Shown: piece after piece, positions 15,363-24,000 of the stretch
Layout: each line of letters starts with the position of its first letter
Numbering within the stretch: position 1 is the first letter of the stretch
NCBI GenBank assembly: GCA_031277855.1
Contig: JAITLO010000009.1
Location: 12,746-36,745, forward strand
DNA: 24,000 nucleotides
Direction: 5' to 3'
Origin: Acidovorax sp.
Lineage (GTDB): Bacteria > Pseudomonadota > Gammaproteobacteria > Burkholderiales > Burkholderiaceae_C
Program-made: the position numbers and the translations under genes
The notes under the pieces: generated by a model
Database searches by the model: none
What the model saw: the letters and a program-made list of their open reading frames with translations, nothing else
Told to the model about the DNA's origin: nothing

Positions 15363-16490
15363 CTATTTCAAGCTATTCCTGTCCAGATAGCGCCGACGCC
15401 AAAAGAACACCAGCAGGGTCACGGCAATCAACACCATGGCGCCCATGGCCCACCAGAAACCATCGGCGGTGTGCACCCAGGGAATGAACTCGAAGTTCAT
15501 GCCAAAGATGGCGGCAATCAGGTTCAGCGGCAGGAACACGGCGGTCAGCGTGGTCAGCGTGCGCATGATGTCGTTGGCCCGGTTGCTCTGGGTGGAGAAG
15601 TGCATTTGCACGGCGGCCTCTGCACTTTGCTCCATGCGGCGCACATGGTGGATCACCCGCTCTATGTGTTCCAGCACATCGCGGGAGCGCACGCGCAGCA
15701 GCTCGTGCTCGCGCCGGGCGTGGGGGGTGTCGGCGTTGACCCAGCCGTCTAGTGCCTCGATCCAGTCCTGCACGGCGCCGCGCTGGTCTTCGCTGATTTC
15801 ATCGAGCTGGTGCAGAGCCAGGCGGGCGGTGAGCACGGCGCTCCAGTCGTGAAAGCGGGCATTGGGCCGCAGCAGCGACAGCTGCCAGTGGTCCAGCTGG
15901 CGCGTCATCACGCGGCGCAGTTCCAGGTAGCCGTCCACCATATGGCTGAGCATGCGCAGCATCAGATCGGCCGGACTGTGCGGCAGCTTGGATGCGCTGG
16001 GCCGGCCTTCAGGCATGCCGCGCGCGGTCTCCAGCCGCTGCTGAAACTGCTGCTGCATGGTGCAGCCGGGCGCGTGCACGGTCAGCAGCAACTGGTCATA
16101 CACGGCAAAACCTATGGGCTGGGTGCGCACGCGCTGCAACACCGGTGCCGGCGGCGGCGCCGTGCCCTGTTTGCCTGCGGCGCGGATGGTGGCCGGGGTA
16201 TCGCTGGCGCCGGACTCCACCAAGTGGTGGAACAGCATCACGTCGTACTGCGAGGTGTAGTCGTAGGTGGAAGGGATGCTGGGGTTCAGCAGGTCGGCCA
16301 CGTGCAGGTCGAGCAAGGGCGCGCCGCAGACCGTGGTCAGCATGGCTTGCAGTGCGGGCAGCTGGGCTTCCAGCTCGGCCCGGGTGCAGGCCAGCCACCA
16401 GAAGCTGCCGGCCTCGGGGGCGGCGTCGGGCAGGCTGTCATGCAAGGGGGTGACGGTATGGGCCGAGGGATGGATGCGCAGCAGTTGCAT
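15363..16490 (-). CDS. CorA-family divalent metal ion transporter
   Basis: 375-aa ORF. The C-terminal two-TM region carries the GMN signature (FLPLNLIAAIFGMNFEFIPW) and a basic tail (FFWRRRYL). Confidence 0.85.
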   Translation of the reverse strand: MQLLRIHPSAHTVTPLHDSLPDAAPEAGSFWWLACTRAELEAQLPALQAMLTTVCGAPLLDLHVADLLNPSIPSTYDYTSQYDVMLFHHLVESGASDTPATIRAAGKQGTAPPPAPVLQRVRTQPIGFAVYDQLLLTVHAPGCTMQQQFQQRLETARGMPEGRPSASKLPHSPADLMLRMLSHMVDGYLELRRVMTRQLDHWQLSLLRPNARFHDWSAVLTARLALHQLDEISEDQRGAVQDWIEALDGWVNADTPHARREHELLRVRSRDVLEHIERVIHHVRRMEQSAEAAVQMHFSTQSNRANDIMRTLTTLTAVFLPLNLIAAIFGMNFEFIPWVHTADGFWWAMGAMVLIAVTLLVFFWRRRYLDRNSLK

Positions 16491-16543
16491 GCGTTCAGGA
16501 CAGCGAGAGGGAGTTCAAAATGCTGCAAAAGCAGACAGGGAAA

Positions 16544-16578
16544 GCTCTAGGTGCTCTGGAAGAAGGAGCGCCTAGAGC
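16544..16578 (-). terminator. Hairpin terminator candidate downstream of hemB
   Basis: A 13-bp stem, GCTCTAGGTGCTC / GAGCGCCTAGAGC (one G-U pair), with a 9-nt loop starts 13 nt after the hemB stop. The minus-strand tail TTTCCCTGTCTGCTTTTGC is only moderately T-rich. Confidence 0.5.
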
Positions 16579-16590
16579 GGCAGTGCAGCC

Positions 16591-18283
<1,693 letters not shown>

Positions 18284-18332
18284 GCCTGGTGCGCTGCTGG
18301 CGCCCGGAAAAAGAAAAGGAGGCTCGCCGCCC

Positions 18333-19448
18333 ATGCAGGCACGCAGTTCCGCTTGGCCGCTGTCCGCGATCTATGCCGCGCTGATCGTCTTTGCCAGCCT
18401 GTTCCCGTTTGATGGCTGGCGGGGGCAGGGGGTGGATCCTCTGGTGTTTCTGACGGCGCGCATTCCGCCGCCGTACTGGACCTGGTTTGACGTCAACATC
18501 AATATCGCCGGCTATGTGCCACTGGGCTTTTTGCTGGCGCTGGGCATGTTGCGCGATGGCCGCCGTGCCCGTTGGGCCGTGCCCGTGGCTGCGCTGTTGG
18601 GCGCCATGCTGTCGTTGTGCATGGAGTTCTTGCAGATCTATCTGCCGCAGCGTGTGCCATCCAATCTGGATCTGTCCTTGAATGCTGCAGGCGGCCTGTT
18701 GGGCGCCATGCTGGCGGGCTTGCTGGAGCGGCTGGGCGTGCTGCAACGCTGGGCCCATTTTCGGGAGCGCTGGCTGCAGCCAGGCTCGGGTGGTGCGGTG
18801 ACGCTGCTGGCGCTGTGGCCGCCGGCGCTGCTCTTTCCGGCCGCGCTGCCCTTTGGCCTGGGCCAGGTGCTGGAGCGTCTGGATCTGTGGCTGAGTGAGC
18901 AGCTGGATGGCACGCCTTTTGTGCAGTGGTTGCCGCTGTGGGATGCGCCCGCATTGCCCCTGAGCCCTGGCGCGGAGCTGTTGTGCGTGCTGTTCGGTCT
19001 GCTGGTGCCTTGCCTGCTGGGTTATTGCGTTATCACCCATCGCCTGCGGCGTCTTGCTTTTGCCACGGTGGCGGTTTTGGTGGGAGTGGGGGTGACTGCT
19101 TTGTCGGCTGCACTGACCTATGGGCCGGTGCACGCCTGGGAATGGTTGTTGCCTTCCATTCGTGCAGCGATCTGGGGTGGTTGGCTGCTGGCGCTGCTGC
19201 TGGTCTTTGTGCCGCGCCGCCTGTGTGGCGTGTTGCTGCTGGTGGTGCTGACCTTGCACCTGAGCTGGATGAACTTTGCACCGACGGATGCGTATTTCGA
19301 CCAGACCCTGCAGCTGTGGGAGCAGGGCCGCTTTCTGCGCTTTTACGGCCTGGCGCAATGGCTGGGCTGGCTGTGGCCGTACGCCACCCTCGCCTATGTG
19401 GGCTGGTATGTGGCACAGCGCAGCCCCGCTCCTAGAATGGCGGCATGA
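18333..19448 (+). CDS. VanZ-like family membrane protein with a large extra C-terminal membrane domain
   Basis: The ORF 18084..19448 was trimmed to ATG 18333, with AAAGGAGG at 18315-18322. VanZ motifs are VNINIAGYVPLGFLLALGM and CMEFLQIYLPQRVPSNLDLSLNAAGGLLGAMLAG. The C-terminal ~230 aa are hydrophobic with no family I recognise. Confidence 0.75.
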   Translation: MQARSSAWPLSAIYAALIVFASLFPFDGWRGQGVDPLVFLTARIPPPYWTWFDVNINIAGYVPLGFLLALGMLRDGRRARWAVPVAALLGAMLSLCMEFLQIYLPQRVPSNLDLSLNAAGGLLGAMLAGLLERLGVLQRWAHFRERWLQPGSGGAVTLLALWPPALLFPAALPFGLGQVLERLDLWLSEQLDGTPFVQWLPLWDAPALPLSPGAELLCVLFGLLVPCLLGYCVITHRLRRLAFATVAVLVGVGVTALSAALTYGPVHAWEWLLPSIRAAIWGGWLLALLLVFVPRRLCGVLLLVVLTLHLSWMNFAPTDAYFDQTLQLWEQGRFLRFYGLAQWLGWLWPYATLAYVGWYVAQRSPAPRMAA

Positions 19449-19804
19449 GCGATCACTCCAGCGCGCCCGAGGCGCAGCCGGGCTATTACGCCCGCCATAT
19501 CTTTTTCTGCCTGAACGAGCGCCCCAATGGCGAGGACTGCTGTGCGCTGCACGGCGCCAAGGCGGGGTTCGATCATTGCAAACAGCGCATCAAGCAAGAA
19601 GGCCTGGCCGGCAAGGGCCAGGTGCGCGTGAACAAGGCTGGTTGCCTGGATCGCTGCGCGGCGGGCCCCGTGGCCGTGGTCTACCCCGAGGGCACCTGGT
19701 ACACCTTTGTGGATGAGGCGGACATTGATGAAATCGTCGACTCCCATCTGAAAAACGGCCAGATCGTGGAGCGCCTGCTGGTGCCGCCGGAACTTGGCCG
19801 CTGA
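19445..19804 (+). CDS. Thioredoxin-like [2Fe-2S] ferredoxin
   Basis: 119 aa. The Cys ligand pattern is FFCLNERPNGEDCC ... GCLDRCAAGP (C-x-C ... C-x3-C). Its ATG overlaps the VanZ-like stop as ATGA (19445-19448). Confidence 0.85.
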   Translation: MSDHSSAPEAQPGYYARHIFFCLNERPNGEDCCALHGAKAGFDHCKQRIKQEGLAGKGQVRVNKAGCLDRCAAGPVAVVYPEGTWYTFVDEADIDEIVDSHLKNGQIVERLLVPPELGR

Positions 19805-19854
19805 AACGCGCTCACACCCTTTATGGGCTTAAACCATTGCTGAGCGCGCTGTGA

Positions 19855-20532
19855 TTGCGTGAGCAGCTCCTGATAAAAGAGCAGTACGTGAACGTGCAGA
19901 CTGAAAAATTTACCTTGACTGGTGCTGCGGGCACCATCGAGGCCCTGCGTGATCAGCCCAGCCTGGATGGCGGGTTGCATGCACCGCGCGGCGTGGCCGT
20001 GATCACCCACCCCCATCCGCTGTTTGGCGGCACCATGGACAACAAGGTGGTACAGACCCTGGCGCGTGCTTTTGTGCAATGCGGCTGGACCACGGTGCGC
20101 TTCAACTTTCGCGGCGTAGGCGCCAGCGCCGGCACCCATGATGCGGGCCGGGGTGAGCTGGATGATTTGCTGGCTGTGGTGCGTCAGGTGGCGCCCGAAG
20201 GTCCTATTGCCCTGGCTGGCTTTTCGTTTGGCGCCTTTGTGGCCAGCCATGCCCTGGCGACGCTGTGGCATGAAGGCCGGGTCGAGCAGGCCGTGCTGGT
20301 GGGTACGGCGGCCAGCCGTTTTCAGGTGGCGCCGGTGCCGGCCGAAGCCCATGAGCGTACCCTGGTGGTACATGGCGAACAGGACGACACCGTGCCCCTG
20401 GCCGCCGTGCTGGACTGGGCGCGCCCGCAGATACTGCCTGTAACTGTTGTACCCGGCGGCGGACATTTCTTCCACGGACAATTGCCGCTGCTCAAAGGCT
20501 TGGTCGTGCGCCACCTTTGTGCCGGCGCATGA
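19855..20532 (+). CDS. Alpha/beta-fold hydrolase (small serine hydrolase type)
   Basis: The conserved VITHPHPLFGGTMDNKVV box is present. The nucleophile elbow is LAGFSFGAF, the Asp motif is VHGEQDDTVP and the His motif is GGGHFFHG. The coordinates give the maximal ORF from TTG 19855. GTG 19888 or 19894 are equally plausible starts, and none has a good SD. Confidence 0.75.
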   Translation: MREQLLIKEQYVNVQTEKFTLTGAAGTIEALRDQPSLDGGLHAPRGVAVITHPHPLFGGTMDNKVVQTLARAFVQCGWTTVRFNFRGVGASAGTHDAGRGELDDLLAVVRQVAPEGPIALAGFSFGAFVASHALATLWHEGRVEQAVLVGTAASRFQVAPVPAEAHERTLVVHGEQDDTVPLAAVLDWARPQILPVTVVPGGGHFFHGQLPLLKGLVVRHLCAGA

Positions 20533-20599
20533 TGGTCCAGTGTAACAAGTCTTCTCCGCTTCCCTTTTTGTCTTTCTCTCGTCCGAGCGTTCCTCTCCC

Positions 20600-21769
20600 A
20601 TGAAAATTGTGAAAAAGCAGCTGCAAGCCCTGGTTTTGAGTGCGGCCCTGGTGCCGGTCTGGGGACTGGCGCAGATTGCCCAGCCCCAACCGCCTGAAAT
20701 TGCAGCCCGCAACTACCTGTTGATTGATGTCACTGCCAACCAGATCTTGGCCTCCAAGGAGCCAGACGCACAGATCGAGCAGGCCTCGCTGACCAAGCTG
20801 ATGACGGGCTATCTGGTGTTTGATGCCTTGCGCACCAAGAAGATCACGCTGGAGCAAAAGCTGCCGGTGAGTGAGCAGGCCTGGAAGATGCCGGGTTCGC
20901 GCATGTTCATCGACCCCAAGATGCAGGTGTCGGTGAATGATCTGCTGTTCGGCATGATCGTGCAGTCCGGTAATGACGCCACCATGGCGCTGGCCGAAGG
21001 TGTGGGCGGTACCAAGGAAAACTTTGTGCGCTTGATGAACGAGCAGGCCAAGGCCCTCGGCATGAAGAACACCAGCTACCGCAATCCCGAAGGCCTGACC
21101 GAACCCGGTCACCTGACCTCGGCGCGCGACCTGTCCATTCTGGCCACGCGGCTGATGCATGACTTTCCCCAGTACATGCACTATTACTCCACCAAGCAGT
21201 ATCGCTATCCGGGCACGCCTGCGTCGAACAGCTACAACCGCAACACCTTGCTGTTCCGTGACCCCACTGTGGATGGTCTGAAGACCGGTCACACCAATGC
21301 TGCCGGCTACTGCCTGGTGGCCACGGCCAAGCGCGACATGCCCAATGTGGGCAACCGCCGTCTGCTGTCCATCGTGCTGGGTACCGCCAGTGAGAATGCC
21401 CGCGCCGGTGAAAGCCAGAAGCTGCTGAACTGGGGCTACACCGCATTTGATGGCGTGAAGCTGTTTGATGCAGGCCAGCCCGTGGAAGAGGCCCGTCTGT
21501 GGAAGGGTGCCAAGGATGTGCTCAAGATCGGTCAGGAAAACGCCATTGTGGTGACCGTGCCCGCAGGCAGCGCGGGCAAGCTGACCACGCAAGTGGTGCG
21601 CAAGGACCCCTTGATTGCTCCCATTGCCAAGGGCCAGACCGTGGGCTCGCTGAAGGTGCTGCTGGGTGCGGACACCGTGGCCGAGGTGCCGGTGGTGGCG
21701 CTGGAAGAGGTGCCTGAGGCCGGTTTCTTCCGCCGCCTGTGGGACACCATCCGCCTCTGGATCATGTAA
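20600..21769 (+). CDS. D-alanyl-D-alanine carboxypeptidase (S11, PBP5/6 type)
   Basis: Signal peptide is MKIVKKQLQALVLSAALVPVWGLAQIA. The active-site triad motifs are SLTK (SxxK), SGN and KTG (LKTGHT). A PBP5-like C-terminal domain and amphipathic tail are also present. Confidence 0.92.
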   Translation: MKIVKKQLQALVLSAALVPVWGLAQIAQPQPPEIAARNYLLIDVTANQILASKEPDAQIEQASLTKLMTGYLVFDALRTKKITLEQKLPVSEQAWKMPGSRMFIDPKMQVSVNDLLFGMIVQSGNDATMALAEGVGGTKENFVRLMNEQAKALGMKNTSYRNPEGLTEPGHLTSARDLSILATRLMHDFPQYMHYYSTKQYRYPGTPASNSYNRNTLLFRDPTVDGLKTGHTNAAGYCLVATAKRDMPNVGNRRLLSIVLGTASENARAGESQKLLNWGYTAFDGVKLFDAGQPVEEARLWKGAKDVLKIGQENAIVVTVPAGSAGKLTTQVVRKDPLIAPIAKGQTVGSLKVLLGADTVAEVPVVALEEVPEAGFFRRLWDTIRLWIM

Positions 21770-21876
21770 ATGCCTTTGCCAGGCGCTGCCGTGACGGCGC
21801 CTGGTGGCTGGGCTAAGTCCTTGATTTCGCAGTGCTGCCAAGCAGCAGCGCAATGCAGGGGCTAATGCCGCAGCAC

Positions 21877-21905
21877 TTGCTCGCCCCTGGCTGAACTGGT
21901 ACAGT
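21877..21905 (+). promoter_or_regulatory. Candidate sigma70 promoter of the str operon
   Basis: TTGCTC (21877-21882), a 17-nt spacer, then TACAGT (21900-21905), about 80 nt upstream of the rpsL ATG. This is a motif match only. Confidence 0.3.
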
Positions 21906-21984
21906 GGCGGGCTTTTCGGAATTTCCGAAGGGTTTCACGTTTTCGCTTTTTAAGAAGCAAATTCACGTTTAGGGACGTTTATTA

Positions 21985-22362
21985 ATGCCAACCATTAACC
22001 AACTCGTGCGTCAGGGCCGCACGGTCGAAGTTGTCAAATCCAAGAGCCCTGCTATGGAAAACTGCCCCCAGCGCCGTGGCGTGTGCACCCGTGTGTACAC
22101 CACCACGCCTAAGAAGCCTAACTCGGCTTTGCGTAAGGTGGCCAAGGTGCGTCTGACCAACGGTTTCGAAGTCATTTCGTACATCGGCGGTGAAGGCCAC
22201 AACCTGCAAGAGCACAGCGTGGTGCTGGTGCGCGGCGGCCGTGTGAAGGACTTGCCTGGTGTGCGTTACCACATCGTGCGCGGCTCTCTTGACCTGCAAG
22301 GCGTCAAGGACCGTAAGCAAGCCCGTTCCAAGTACGGTGCCAAGAAGCCTAAGGCTAAGTAA
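21985..22362 (+). CDS. rpsL: 30S ribosomal protein S12
   Basis: 125 aa, beginning [12 protein letters not shown]... and containing [13 protein letters not shown] and [15 protein letters not shown]. Identification is unambiguous. Confidence 0.99.
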   Translation: MPTINQLVRQGRTVEVVKSKSPAMENCPQRRGVCTRVYTTTPKKPNSALRKVAKVRLTNGFEVISYIGGEGHNLQEHSVVLVRGGRVKDLPGVRYHIVRGSLDLQGVKDRKQARSKYGAKKPKAK

Positions 22363-22529
22363 GCCCTGGTTTCTGAACAAACAAATAGGTGCTGTATCCC
22401 GCGTGGCGCGAGATTCAGCGTAGTGACCCAAAGCACAAGTTTTTTGTGTGGGTCGAGTAAGTGGGAGTCCAGTTTTGACTCTCGCGGTGTCTGAAAAGAC
22501 GCCAACTGAAGCAAAGATAGAGGTAAAAA

Positions 22530-23003
22530 ATGCCACGTCGTCGCGAAGTCCCCAAACGTGAAATTCTGCCGGATCCCAAGTTCGGCAATGTCGAGCTGTC
22601 CAAGTTCATGAACGTGATCATGGAAGGCGGCAAGAAGGCTGTTGCAGAACGCATCATCTACGGTGCTCTGGAACTGATCGCCAAGAAGTCGCCCGAGAAG
22701 GACGCTCTGGAAGTGTTCACCACCGCCATCAACAACGTGAAGCCCATGGTGGAAGTGAAGTCCCGCCGCGTGGGTGGCGCCAACTACCAGGTGCCCGTGG
22801 AAGTGCGTCCTGTCCGTCGTCTGGCTCTGTCCATGCGCTGGATCAAGGAAGCCGCCCGCAAGCGTGGTGAAAAGTCCATGGCTCAACGCCTGGCCAACGA
22901 ACTGATGGAAGCCACCGAAGGTCGTGGCGGCGCTATGAAGCGTCGTGACGAAGTGCACCGCATGGCCGAAGCCAACAAGGCTTTCAGCCACTTCCGCTTC
23001 TAA
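22530..23003 (+). CDS. rpsG: 30S ribosomal protein S7
   Basis: 157 aa, [20 protein letters not shown]...[14 protein letters not shown] lies 8 nt upstream of the ATG. Confidence 0.99.
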   Translation: MPRRREVPKREILPDPKFGNVELSKFMNVIMEGGKKAVAERIIYGALELIAKKSPEKDALEVFTTAINNVKPMVEVKSRRVGGANYQVPVEVRPVRRLALSMRWIKEAARKRGEKSMAQRLANELMEATEGRGGAMKRRDEVHRMAEANKAFSHFRF

Positions 23004-23150
23004 TCGGAATTTCGCTCTCGCGAACGGGGCCGCACGCAAAACATTGCTGCGGCCTTGTCTCGATTTAGAGCGTCCCCATATTGAACTGTCCGTCCGGTGC
23101 CACAAGGCCGGGTGCGACAGATCTCCCATACGATCAATCAAGGATCCATC

Positions 23151-24000
<850 letters not shown>

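Noticed and set aside
21779-21804. Hairpin CCAGGCGC-10 nt-GCGCCTGG after the DD-carboxypeptidase stop as a terminator
   Set aside because: The 8-bp stem is real, but no T-run follows it (TGGCTGGGCTAAG). I could not support calling it an intrinsic terminator, although it may still act as a stabilising or Rho-related element.
21985-22362. Possible streptomycin-resistance alleles in rpsL
   Set aside because: Positions K43 (TTTPKKPNS) and K88 (GGRVKDLPG) are both the wild-type lysines.

Overview
24-kb chromosomal stretch of a high-GC Gram-negative genome, with G/C at almost every third codon position. The S12/S7/EF-G sequences and gene repertoire look betaproteobacterial (Burkholderiales/Comamonadaceae-like); this is inference only, since no search was possible. 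I support 24 protein-coding genes. Two are cut by the window edges and so are missing from the ORF track: an ABC ATPase at 1-237 (minus) and fusA at 23151-24000 (plus). Gene order: (minus) a polar amino-acid ABC importer (ATPase, permease, two tandem paralogous binding proteins), a TauE/SafE-type membrane protein and a GMC flavoenzyme; (plus) a four-gene Mla/MCE-type ABC operon with overlapping stop/start codons; then a 5.3-kb block bounded by inverted copies of a composite REP-like element, holding hemerythrin, MarC, SDR, dienelactone hydrolase and a complete tetR / double tetO / tetA-type module; (minus) a CorA-type transporter and hemB; (plus) hemJ, a VanZ-like protein, a thioredoxin-like 2Fe-2S ferredoxin, an alpha/beta hydrolase, a DD-carboxypeptidase and the start of the str operon (rpsL, rpsG, fusA). 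I saw no rRNA, tRNA, CRISPR array, transposase, integrase, phage gene or recognisable defence gene. Nine ORF-track entries were shortened at the N-terminus using signal peptides, Shine-Dalgarno motifs and family N-termini. Most other long ORFs are antisense shadow ORFs typical of high-GC DNA. I did not find an obviously novel multi-gene system. The items most worth a second look are: the chromosomal tet-like regulon with two recognisable operators; the inverted REP-like elements flanking it; an unexplained 350-nt lower-GC non-coding stretch capped by a strong terminator (4041-4423); a structured, terminator-ending leader directly in front of hemJ; and the hemJ / VanZ-like / ferredoxin gene string. 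All homology statements rest on by-eye alignment to remembered family sequences, and no folding energies or database hits were computed.
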